Shown here: positions 22,954 to 34,600 of the stretch, in pieces
How the letters are laid out: each line of letters starts with the position of its first letter
How positions within the stretch are numbered: position 1 is the stretch's first letter
Assembly: GCA_038087875.1 (NCBI GenBank)
Contig: JAXLNO010004364.1
Coordinates: forward strand, 1 to 46,428
Reading direction: 5' to 3'
Source of the DNA: Malacoraja senta
Taxonomy: Eukaryota
DNA length: 46,428 nt
Translations under genes and position numbers: made by a program
The notes under the pieces: model-generated
Seen by the model: the letters and a program-made list of their open reading frames with translations, nothing else
The model's database searches: none
What the model was told of the DNA's origin: nothing

Positions 22954-23284
22954 CTGAAGTCACTGTCAGCGAGGTTCCTGCACCCCAGTTGTCATCTCGC
23001 ACAGTAATAGGTGGCCGTTGTCGTCCAGTCTCAGGCCGTTCATTTGGAGATAGACATTGCTGATGTCCTTGGAAACCTCGAATCGGCCGCTGAAGACAGG
23101 CGCGTAATTTTTGTCACCATTATACCTCATCCTCGCCACCCACTCCAGCCCTTTCCCGGAGACCTGTTTCACCCAGTGTAGCTGCTGAGGCTGAACCCAC
23201 TGGTTGCACAGGTCAGTTTGAGGGACCCTCCAGACTTTGCCACCCCGGTCGGGGTCTGATTCAGCACGACCGCGGATCGAACGC
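22954..23284 (-). pseudogene. IgW: IgW-type VH exon fused directly to JH (pre-joined V-J pseudogene)
   Basis: GVRS-AVVLNQTPTGVAKSGGSLKLTCATSGFSLSSY / HWVKQVSGKGLEWVARMRYNGDKNYAPVFSGRFEVSKDISNVYLQMNGLRLDD / TATYYCAR / DNWGAGTSLTVTS|GTAAGA. Frameshifts in CDR1, FR3 and the junction; in-frame TGA at 23169-23171. Confidence 0.92.
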
Positions 23285-23385
23285 CTGCCAATAAAAGAGA
23301 AACAATGTTGAATAAAAACTTGAAGAGGCAGAGGGTGAAAGAGTGTCCAAGAAGTAGCTCGGCCCCGAGTGGGGGTGACGCCCAC

Positions 23386-23431
23386 CTGGCAGACAGGACA
23401 GAAGGAGACAGAGATAAGCAGCGACCCACAT
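23386..23431 (-). CDS. VH leader exon (MWVAAYLCLLLSCLP), followed by a 101-bp GT-AG intron
   Basis: 46-nt exon, phase 1; donor G|GTGGGC; acceptor TTTTATTGGCAG| at 23285; leader completed by GVRS. Confidence 0.88.
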
Positions 23432-23464
23432 CACTCTGAGCACTGACACACACTTGGACACTCC

Positions 23465-26400
23465 TTTTTTTTAAATTTCAAAATATACTTTATTCAAGTA
23501 ATAAATATTTACAATACGTGAACCGTGCGAAAAATTAATCCGGCATTTTCGGAGGCTATACAAATTGTCCAATGCAGTTAATACATTTTTTTTCAAATTC
23601 CACAAATCCGTCCCCCACCCGTGCCACTCATGTGGCCCCCTGGCGTGGGATACCTTCCCTTATTTTGAGGGGCGTCTCCACCATACCGTGCCCCCCATGT
23701 CCAGCAGCGGGAGGACCCTAGACTGCGGCCCTCCCCCATCGAGCCTTGGCGTTGGCTGCACCAAGCTTCAGTGCATCCCTCAGCACGTACTCCTGCAGTC
23801 TGCAGCGGGCCAGTCGGCAACATTCCCTGACGGACATCTCGCTCTGCTGGGTGGTGAACAACGCTCGGGCAGACCAAATAGCGTCTTTCGCCGAGTTGAT
23901 GACCTTCCAGCAGCATTCGATGTCAGTCTCTGAATGTGTCCCTGGGAACAGTCCGTAAATCACAGAGTCCTCTGTGACGGAGCTGTTCGGGATAAAGCGT
24001 GCCAGGGATCCCTGCATACTTCTCCAGATTCTTTTTGCAAATCCACACTCTGCGAAGAGGTGGGCAACCGTCTCCTCTCCATAGCAGCCGTCCCGTGCGC
24101 TGGCAGTGAGGTTCTCGACGGTGCAGGAAAGATCTGACTGGGAGGGCTCCCCTCACCGCCTGCCAAGCCAGGTCTTGGTGCTTGTTGGTGAGTTCTGGCG
24201 ATGAGGCATTTTGCCAGACAAGCTGGGCAGTCTGCTCTGGGAACCACGCCACCGGATCAATCGAGTCCTTTCCCTGCAGTGCCTGCAGGACGTTCCGTGC
24301 TGACCACTGCCCAATGGACATGTGGTCAAAGGTGTTGGTCCGGAAGAACCTTTCCACAGACGACAGATGGGGCAGCAATGTCCAGCTGACTGGCACATTG
24401 CGTGGCATCTGCGCCAGGCCCATCCTTCGCATCCTTCAGCAGGTAGTGACACTTGGTGCCCATGTGCCTTGGCTCTACACTCCGCCTGATGCAGCCACAC
24501 ACAAAGGTGGCCATCAGGGTGAGGGCGACGTTGGGCACGCTTTTACCCCCGTTGTCTGCTGACTTGTACATTGTGGCCCGTCGCACCCGGTCTATCCTCG
24601 ACCCCCAGATGAACTGGAAGGCGGCCCGGGTGATCCCTGTGGCGTAGGAAGGAGGGACAGGCCACACTTGCGCCAAGTACAGCAGCCCCGAGAGCACCTC
24701 ACACCTGATGACCACATTTTTTCCGGTTATGGAGAGGAGCGTTGCCTCCACAGCTCTAGCTTCTTCCCCACCTTGACTATCCGCTCCAGCCAATTCTTGT
24801 TACACGCCTCAGCCCCCCCGAACCAGATCCCCAGCACCTTCAAGAAGTCAGGCTTGATGGTGAAGGGGACAGAAGTTCGGTCGGGCCAGTTGCCAAAGAG
24901 CATGGCCTCGCTCTTCCTGCGGTTCACCCTGGCTCCCGTGGCCGACTCAAACTGGTCGCAGATACTAATCAGTCTGCGGACCGACCCTGGATCCGAGCAG
25001 AAGACAGCGACATCGTCCATGTACAGGGACATTTTGACGAATGCCCCCACTGCCTGGCAATGTCACTCCTCTTATGCTCGCATATTCCTGATGGACTCGG
25101 CAAAAGGTTCAATACAGCAGATAAACAAGACAGGAGAGAGAGGGCACCCCTGCCTGACTCCAGACCTTACAGGGAAACTGTCTGATTCCCACCCATTGAT
25201 TTGGACTGCACTACGGATATTGGTGTAGAGCAGTTTGATCCAATTTCGGATTCCCTCCCCAAAACCCATTTTGGAGAGCACGTCCCTCATGAACGTGTGC
25301 GATATCCTGTCGAAGGCCTTCTCCTGGTCCAAGCTGACTAGGCAGGCATCCACCCGTCTGTCCTGCACGTAGGCGATGGTATCTCTCAGCAGCAGGTACA
25401 GCACAGGTTTGTGTTGGATCACCTGTCCCAGAGCTGACTTGACCCGGTTGGCGATGGCCTTAAACAGGATCTTGTAATCTACATTCAACAATGTGATGGG
25501 TCTCCAATTCTTTATATCCTTCATCTCCCCCTTCTGCTTGTAGATTAGGGTGATGCTGCCATTCCTCATGGAGTCTGACATGCTGCTGGCTAGAAGCATG
25601 TCGTTGTACACTTCCAGCAGGTCCGGGCCCACCCAGTCCCACAGAGCCGAATACAACTTGGCCGGTAAGCCATCGCTTCCGGGAGTTTTACTCGAGTCAA
25701 AGGAACGGATGGAGCCAGTCAGCTCCTCTAGGGTCAGTGGTTGGTCCAGACTCTCCCGCTTGCTGTTCTCCAAGACCTCCGTGATAGAGGACAGGAAGTT
25801 CTGGGAGGCGGTGCTGTCTGTGGCCTTTTTGTCGTACAAATCCGTGTAAAAGGATTTGCAGATCCTCAGCATGTCCGTCTGCGAGGATGTTACCGAGCCG
25901 TCCTCTTCCCTAAGGCTGTTCATCACAGAGCTTCCCCTGTGAACCTTATGGAAGAAGAAACGTGAGCACGTCTCATCCTGCTGCACATGGCGGACCCTGG
26001 ATCGGAAGATGATCTTGGAGGATTCAGACGTAAAGAGCCGAGCTTGCCGGTCCTTCACCTCTCTGTTCCTCCCTCACATCCACCCCTCTCGACTGCAGAA
26101 GGAGCAGTTGTTGCAAATCTGTCTGGAGTTGGCACAATTCCCTCTGACTCTGTCTTGCTCTCTGAACCCCTTTAACTATGAAGAACCTCTTAATGTTCTC
26201 CTTGGTTGCTTCCCACCAGCGTGTCGGGGAGTCAAAGAGGGGCCTCACCGTTCTCCAACATGCGTAGTCCCTCTTTAGCTCCTCAACGTTCTCTGGGGTC
26301 AACAGCTTCATATTTAACTTCCACGTCCCCCTGCCTGCCTTCCGGTCCTCCTGTAGGTGACAGAAAGCCCGAAGGAGGCAGTGGTCAGAGAAGAACACCG

Positions 26401-28810
26401 GCATGAGGTTGGTGTGTCTCACCGTGACGGCCTTCGTCGTGAAGACGAAGTCTATCCGGGTTCGGGCTAAACCGTCCGATCTCGACCAGGTGAAATGCAG
26501 CTGGGACCTGCCTGCAGGGTTGCTGAAGGCGTCGTGCAGCTTTGCATCTTTTACCGTCTCCATGAGGAACTTGGACGTGCTGTCCAGTCTGTTGTCGGCA
26601 CTGCCGGATCGTCCAGCCGCATCGATGATGCAGTTGAAGTCACCGGCCAGAACGAGCTGCCGGGACGTGGCCAGCAGCGATGGGAGCTGCTGGGGAACGG
26701 CCAGCCGCTCGCTCTGCACGGGTGAGGTATACACATTAATCAGCTGGAGCGTAGAACCACGGTACATAACATCCACCACGGGGAGACGCCCCCCAACCAC
26801 CTCCCTGACCTCAGCGATGGCGAAGTTCCCTCCCCGCAGCAAGATCCCCAGGCCGGAATCGCAACAGTCATTGCCCCCCGACCACACCGACAGTCCGTGG
26901 GGCCACCATCGCGACCACCTCCGGTAGCAGCGGAGGTGCGGCAGCCCGCACTCGTGGGGAAAAGTCACATCTGCCTTGACGTTGGCCAGGTACTGCAAGG
27001 CATTTACACATCGCCCAGTGCTCTTTATACTGCGCACGTTTAAAGATGCCAGTTTTATCTCCATTGTCTTTAGAGTCACTGACCATTCTCGTGTCCCCTC
27101 ATGCCCACCGCTTCGGTGAATTGCCTCAGCTTTCCTGGGCTCAGGAACCCAGTGCCGGCATCCTCAATGAGGTGGGTTTCCTGTGGCGTAACCCAAGGTG
27201 TCGTTGGGAGGGGCCTACTCGTTCCACCCGCTTCAGGGCGCGCTGCTTCCTCCGTAGCTGGGGTACGGTGGCTGGTTCACTGCTCCTGCAAGCCCGGGGT
27301 TGGGGCCCATCGGCCGCTGCGCTGCTACCGGTCACCCGGAGCTGGGGCCCATTCGCCGCTGCAATGCTCCCAGTTGCCCCATCTTGTCGCCTGTGCATAG
27401 GTGCAGGCTCTTTTAGGGGGCCCCATCGACCGCTGCGATGATCCCGGTCTCCAGGGGCTGGAGCCCCTCGGCCTCTGCACTGCTTCCGATGTCCTGGCGC
27501 TGGAGCCCCTCGGCCGCTGCTCTGCTCTCGGTCTCCTGGGGCTGGGGGATGATCGGCGTGGCCTTTCTCTTTTCCTCCCCTGTTTTCTTCCTCTGCCTCC
27601 ATCGTTGGGACTTCCCGGTCGCCTCATCCTCCGACGAGGAGAGGTTGCTGCCTTCTGTCAGGGAGAAAGATCTTTTTTGGGATTTATTTTTGGGCTTACC
27701 AGCCCTTTCCAACCTCGGCTCTTTCGGCTGAACCCTCTGGTGCTTCTTGTACATCACCGTCGTCCATTTCTCCTGCTGTCCCCCCTCCTCCATCGACTCT
27801 CCCTCCTGGGCAGGGTGATGGGGGTCTCCTTCCGGCACTTGGGGGATCGAGGTGGTCGGGCTGTCCTCGTCCCTGTTCCCCCTTTCTGCTGCAGTCTTGG
27901 CAATGGTGAGGGGTGTCTCACCCACCCTGGGGGTGCTGGCAGCAGCCCCTCTTGTCGCCTGTGCATAGGTGCAGGCTCTTTTAGGGCAGGCCCTGTAAAG
28001 GTGGCCTGCCTCCCCACACAGGTTGCAGTTCTTGCTGGCCTGACAGTCCTTTGACAACTGCAGTGCATTGGACCATCACATGCCCAGGCTTGTTGCATTT
28101 CCTGCACAGCCTGGGTTGACCCGTGTAGCTCATGTACCCTCGGTTCCCTCTGATAGCGAACAACGAGGGAGGGTGGATGATGGCTCCGTTCTTGTCCACC
28201 CTCAGCTTCACCTTCACTTGCCGCTTGCTCGTCCAGATCCCGTACAGGTCCTTTATGTCCACACAGTTCCCTGCTCCCTCGACATGACGAGCAAGGAAGG
28301 TGAGGACATCCACTACGGGCACATGTGGGTTGAACGTGCAACGTGATCATCCTTTCCTTCTGGGTGGGGGGGATGAAGAGCGGCAGCGGAGCTTCATTCC
28401 CCTTCTCCCGGAAGTCTTCCATCAACTTTTGCCATCCCGTCGGATACTTGAAGGTAACATCAATGTATCCATTACCCGGGAACTCCTGGAGGCAGTAGAT
28501 GTCCTTGGCCTCAAATTTGCAGGCCTCTAGCAAGACCTTCTTCACGAACAGGTCCCGTGAGAAGGGAACCCCCTTGCTGAGGTCCTTAACGCTGATTCTC
28601 AGGGTATTGCGGATACCCTGTACTCCCGCTCCAGTTGCTGCTGCCATTGTGGCTGAATGAGGTGTTAGGTTGGTTGCCCAACCAGCATGGATCCACCTCT
28701 AAGCCCGCAGCCGACCGACTCCTCGTCACTGATTCTGCTCCGCGATCCACGGCCCTTGTCCCCAAGGGGCCGCCAGAACTGTTCTAATAAGAACAGAGAG
28801 TCTCTTTTAC
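23465..28810 (-). mobile_element. Tx1-like (L1 superfamily) non-LTR retrotransposon, near full length, frameshifted
   Basis: ORF1 pieces 27754-28647, 27981-28322 and 27413-28057 with CCHC knuckles (CRKCNKPGHVMVQC, CNLCGEAGHLYRAC). ORF2 EN 26024-27079 (SLNVRS, GDFN, RIDF, SDH) and RT (QGCPLSP, YMDDV). Poly(T) at 23465-23472. The 5' end is approximate. Confidence 0.9.
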
Positions 28811-29405
28811 TCAAATACTCGTCCTGGGAGAACCTCCTTGGTGATCAAGGTTTCTCCCCTGCCAGGTGTACAGATATCCTGGTGAGAGAGAGGGACTGAG
28901 AGACACCAATTAGTGCAGATATCCACATCAATGAGAGGACTGAGAGACAGTGAGTCGGGTTTATTGTCACATGTACCGAGGTACAGTGAAAAGCTTTAGT
29001 TGCATGTTAACCAGACAACAGACGGACAATATATGATTACAATCGAGCACAGTGAGCAGAAACATGATGAAGGGAATAACATGAATAAAGTTCAGTGCAA
29101 GATAAAACCAGTAAATTCTGATCAAAGATAGTCCGAGGGTCTCCAATGAGGTAGATAGAGCACAGAAGTCAAGCTACAACAGCCAGTCGTGATGCTATGA
29201 ATGAAGTCCATCTACACCTATATCGGCGACAATCTACGACAATGTATGACCATACCGACAACAAGCTACGACCTTACTGGCAACATGTTACTGTGAATGT
29301 AAATCTTGAATAAACGCTGTAAGATTGTTCTGTGAAGGTAAAATGGTTTGGCCAGGTGGACTGGATTAAAACATAAAATGTCTGCTGACCAAAGTTGCTT
29401 AATAT

Positions 29406-29830
29406 GTAGCTGCCGGTTTCAGGAAGTTGTGGTCAGGAGAAATACACATTGTCCTGCTGTTACTGCATATTCGCGACTATGGTATTACCCGCACCCGTCT
29501 GACTGAGATGGCTGGCTCTCAGAAGTCTGAGGAATATACAAACCGCCGCGCCCAGAAGTCTGAGGAATGTACCTGTCTTATCTCTAGTATTGTTCCACTA
29601 AATAACACCTCCCAATATGTACGTGCCTGTTATCCTGACCATTGCGTACGTGTCTGTTGCTTTGTTTCAGTAATATGGGAGGCATAAACCGTAGCCTTAA
29701 AGTATATAAGGCATTACGAATAAAGGCATTGAGCTTGACTCTTTGCTAGGTTGCTAACCTGTGTAAAGACTCCTGCTGAATAAACGTACATTTAAACCAA
29801 CCCAGGTGTCCGGTCGATTATTGTCGAAAC
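29406..29830 (+). mobile_element. Possible solo LTR
   Basis: Starts TGTAG; internal direct repeat CAGAAGTCTGAGGAAT x2; TATATAA at ~29704; AATAAA at ~29719 and ~29779. No TSD found. Confidence 0.4.
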
Positions 29831-29924
29831 AACCGATGTAAGAGAAAATGGACACTCACACTACGACAGCTGGCAACCATCGGCAACAGTTGACGTGACT
29901 AGCTACATCAGGCTACGACAGTGA

Positions 29925-30215
29925 CTCCTCCGTGGGTCTCCTTTTTCTCCAGGATAGGGCCCACCCAGTGTCTTCAGCTCCTGAAACAGCTCTGAGGGAA
30001 GCCTGGTGAAGTTTCTGAAGGCATCCTCATCTTCTTGCTGGAGCTCAATCGTCAGGTTGTCATACTGGCCCAACCTGGGTCTCTACAGGGACAAGGGCTT
30101 CAACCACGCACACCTCTTCTTGGGCTTCCTCTTCCCCATTCTTCTTGTCCTTCTGTCTTGCTGATCTTTAAGCATGAGGGCTGCTGCAAGCAGCAGGGCT
30201 TCTTCTTGTGAGAGC
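29925..30215 (-). mobile_element. PIF/Harbinger transposase N-terminal fragment (decayed)
   Basis: The minus strand reads RPRLGQYDNLTIELQQEDEDAFRNFTRLPSELFQEL../VGPILEKK, matching the Harbinger transposase N-terminal pattern (E.D...FRNF.R....F..L...GP.I.KK). Confidence 0.6.
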
Positions 30216-30226
30216 AATGCAATTAT

Positions 30227-31624
30227 AAACCTAGCAATTATAGACCTGTTAGTTTGACGTTAGTGGTGGGCAAATTAATGGAAAGGATACTTAGAGATAA
30301 TATATATAAGCATCTGGATAAGCAGAGTCTGATTAGGAAGTCAACATGGATTTGTGCCTGGAAGGTCATGTTTGACTAATCTTCTTGAATTTTTCAAAGA
30401 GGTTACTAGGGAAATTGATGAGGGTAAAGCAGTGGATGTTGTCTATATGGACTTCAGTAAGGCCTTTGACAAGGTTCCTCATGGAATGTTGGTTAAGAAG
30501 ATTCAATTGTTGGGTATTAATGGTGGAGTAGCAAGGATTCAACAGTGGCTGAATGGGAGATGCCAGAGAGTAATGGTGGATGGCTGTTTGTCAGGTTGGA
30601 GGCCGGTGACTAGTGGGGTGCCTCAGGGGTCTGTGTTGGGTCCACTGTTGTTTGTCATTTACATCAATGATCTGGATGATGGTGTGGAAAATTGGATTAG
30701 TAAGTATGCAGATGATACTAAGATAGGTACACAAAAATGCTGGAGAAACTCAGCGGGTGCAGCAGCATCTATGGAGCGAAGGAAATAGGTAACGTTTCGG
30801 CCCGAAACGTTACCTATTTCCTTCGCTCCATAGATGCTGCTGCACCCGCTGAGTTTCTCCAGCATTTTTGTGTACCTTCGATTTTCCAGCATCTGCAGTT
30901 CCTTCTTTAATACTAAGATAGGTGGTGTTTTGGAAAATGAAGTCGATTTTCAAAGTCTACAGAGAGATTTAGGCCATTTGGAAGAGTGGGCTGCAAGATG
31001 GCAGATGGAGTTTAATGCTGATAGATGTGAGGTGCTGCATCTCGGCAGGACAAATCAAAATAGGACGTACATGGTAAATGGTAGCGAATTGAGTAATGCA
31101 GTTGAACAGAGGGATCTAGGAATAACTGTGCATAGTTCCCTGAAGGTGGAATCTCATGTACAGTAGATAGGGTGGTAAAGAAAGCTTTTGGTGTGCTGGC
31201 CTTTATAAATCAGAGCATTGAATATAGAAGTTGGGATGTAATGTTAAAATTGTACAAGGCATTGGTGAGGCCAATTCTGGAGTATGGAGTACAATTTTGG
31301 TCGCCTAATTATAGGAAGGATGTCAACAAAATAGAGAGAGTACAGAGGAGATTTACTAGAATGTTGCCTGGGTTTCAGCAACTAAGTTACAGAGAAAGGA
31401 TGAACAAGTTCGGTCTTTATTCTTTGGAGCGCAGAAGGTTAAGGGGGGACTTGATAGAGGTCTTTAAAATGATGAGCGGGTTAGACAGAGTTGACGTGGA
31501 TAAGCTTTTCCCATTGAGAGTAGGGAAGATTCAAACAAGGGGACATGACTTGAGAAGTAAGGGACAGAAGTTTAGGGGTAACATTAGGGGGAACTTCTTT
31601 ACTCAGAGAGTGGTAGCTGTGTGG
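30227..31624 (+). mobile_element. CR1 LINE (family A), RT fragment lacking its 3' tail
   Basis: ORF pieces 30354-30788, 30834-31166 and 31172-31639; interrupted inside YADDTKIG by a hairpin insertion. Confidence 0.92.
30729..30909. mobile_element. Palindromic (inverted) insertion of the Penelope-like short repeat
   Basis: 76-bp arms 30725-30800 and 30802-30877 around a single C; TSD ATACTAAGATAGGT at 30715-30728 and 30910-30923. Confidence 0.9.
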
Positions 31625-34600
31625 ACGGGTTGCACTTGAACCCGAGGGGGAACAATATCCTGGCGGGGAGATTTGCAAAGGCTACTGGGGAGACTTTAAA
31701 CTAGAACGGTTGTGGGAAGGGACACAAATAGAGAAACCTAGTGGAAAATGTGGGAGGCAGGAGGCAGAGAAGGGAAGCACTCGGACCCAAAATGTAGGGG
31801 AGAAAGAAGAAAAAGATAATAAACAGAGAATAAGTGGTGGAGGGTTTCTTAAATGTGTATATTTTAATGCTAGGAGCATTGTAAGAAAGGTGGATGAGCT
31901 TAGAGCCTGGATTGACACCTGGAAGTATGATGTTGTGTTAAAGAAGGAACTGCAGATGCTGAAAAATCGAAGGTACACAAAAAAATGCTGGAGAAACTCA
32001 GCGGGTGCAGCAGCATCTATGGAGCGAAGGAAATAGGTAACGTTTCGGGCCGAAACGTCTGAAGAAGGGTTTCGGCCCGAAACGTTACCTATTTCCTTCG
32101 CTCCATAGATGCTGCTGCACCCGCTGAGTTTCTCCAGCATTTTTTTTTGTGTACCCTGGAAGTATGATGTTGTGGCGATCAGTGAAACATGGTTGCAGGA
32201 GGGCTGTGATTGGCAAATAAATATTCCAGGATTTCGTTGCTTCATGGGTGATAGAATTGGAGGGGCAAGAGGTGGGGGTGTTGCATTGCTTGTCAAGGAA
32301 GATATTACAGCAGTGCTTTGGCAGGATAGATTAGAGGGCTCGTTTAGGGAGGCTATTTGGGTGGAACTGAGAAATGGGAAAGGGGTAGCAACACTTATAG
32401 GGGTGTATTATAGACCGCCAAATGGGGAGCGAGAATTGGAAGAGCAAATATGTAAGGAGATAGCAGATATTAGTAGTAAGCACAAGGTAGTGATTGTGGG
32501 AGATTTCAATTTTCCACACATAGACTGGGAAACACATTCTGTAAAAGGGCTGGATGGTTTGGAGTTTGTAAAATGTGTGCAAGATAGTTTTTAACAGCAA
32601 TACATAGAGGTACCTACTAGAGAAGGGGCAGTGCTGGACCTCCTGTTAGGAAATGAGACAGGGCAGGTGGCGGAGGTATGCGTCGGGGAGCACTTCGGGT
32701 CCAGTGATCACAATACCATTAGTTTCAATATAATTATGGAGAGGTTCAGAACTGGACCTAGGGTTGAGATTTTTGTTTGGAGAAAGGCTAACTTTGAGGA
32801 GATGCGAAAGGATTTAAAAGGAGTGAATTGGGACATGTTGTTTTATGGAAAGGATGTAGAAGAAAAATGGAGGACATTTAAGGGTGACATTTTAAGAGTA
32901 CAGAATCTTTATGTCCCTGTTCGGTTGAAAGGAAGTAGTAAAAAATGGAAAGAGCCATGGTTTTCAAGGGAAATTGGACACGGTTCGGAAAAAGAGAGAG
33001 ATCTACAATAATTATAGGCAGCATGGAGTAAATGAGGTGCTTGAGGAGTATAAAGAATGTAAAAAGAATATTAAGAAAGAAATTAGAAAAGCTAAAAGAA
33101 GATATGAGGTTGCTTTGGCAAGTAAGGTGAAAGTAAATTCAAAGGGTTTCTACAGCTATATTAATAGCAAAAGGATAACAAGGAATAAAATTGGTCCATT
33201 AGAGAGTCAGAGTAGACAGCTATCTGCAGAGCCAAAAGAGATGGGGGAGATATTGAACAATTTCTTTTCTTCGGTATTCACGAAGGAGAAGGATATGGAA
33301 TTATGTGAGGTAAGGGTAACAAGCAGAGTAGCAATGGAAACTGTGAGATTCAAAGAAGAGGAGGTGCGGACACTTTTGAAAAATATGAAAACGGATAAGT
33401 CTCCAGGTCCTGACAGGATATTCCCTAGGACATTGAGGGAAGTTAGTGTAGAAATAGCAGGGGCTATGACAGAAATATTTCAAATGTCATTAGAAACGGG
33501 AATAGTGCCGGAGGATTGGCGTACTGCGCATGTTGTTCCGTTGTTTAAAAAGGGTTCGAAGAGTAAACCTAGCAATTATAGACCTGTTAGTTTGACGTCA
33601 GTGGTGGGCAAATTAATGGAAAGGATACTTAAAGAGAATATATATAAGCATCTGGATAAGCAGGGTCTGATTAGGAACAGTCAACATGGATTTGTGCCTG
33701 GAAGGTCATGCTTGACTAATCTTCTTGAATTTTTCGAAGAGGTTACTAGGGAAATTGATGAGGGTAAAGCAGTGGATGTTGTCTATATGGACTTCAGTAA
33801 GGCCTTTGACAAGGTTCCTCATGGAAGGTTGGTTAAAAAGATTCAATTGTTGGGTATTAATGGTGGAGTAGCAAGATGGATTCAACAGTGGCTGAATGGG
33901 AGATGCCAGAGAGTAATGGTGGATGGCTGTTTGTCAGGTTGGAGGCCGGTGACTAGTGGGGTGCCTCAGGGGTCTGTGTTGGGTCCACTGTTGTTTGTCA
34001 TGTACATCAATGATCTGGATGATGGTGTGGAAAATTGGATTAGTAAGTATGCAGATGATACTAAGATAGGTGGTGTTGTGGATAATGAAGTAGCTTTTCA
34101 AAGTCTACAGAGAGATTTAGGCCATTTGGAAGAGTGGGCTGAAAGATGGCAGATGGAGTTTAATGCTGACAAATGTGAGGTGCTACATCTCGGCAGGACA
34201 AATCAAAATAGGACGTACACGGTAAATGGTAGCGAATTGAGGAATGCAGTTGAACAGAGGGATCTAGGAATAACTGTGCATTGTTCCCTGAAGGTGGAAT
34301 CTCATGCAGATAGGGTGGTAAAGAAAGCTTTTGGTGTGCTGGCCTTTATAAATCAGAGCATTGAATATAGAAGTTGGGATGTAATGTTAAAATTGTACAA
34401 GGCATTCGTGAGGCCAATTCTGGAGTATGGAGTACAATTTTGGTCGCCTAATTATAGGAAGGATGTCAACAAAATAGAGAGACTACAGAGGAGATTTACT
34501 AGAATGTTGCCTGGGTTTCAGCAACTAAGTTACAGAGAAAGGTTGAACAAGTTAGGTCTTTATTCTTTGGAGCGCAGAAGGTTAAGAGTGGACTTAATAG

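Noticed and set aside
23565-28530. Numerous plus-strand ORFs over the Tx1 element
   Set aside because: Antisense shadows of a GC-rich coding sequence, with no independent motifs.
29849-29857. TGGACACTC match to 23455-23463 as a Tx1 TSD
   Set aside because: Lies ~1 kb beyond the apparent Tx1 5' end, inside a different decayed element; a 9-mer match could be chance.
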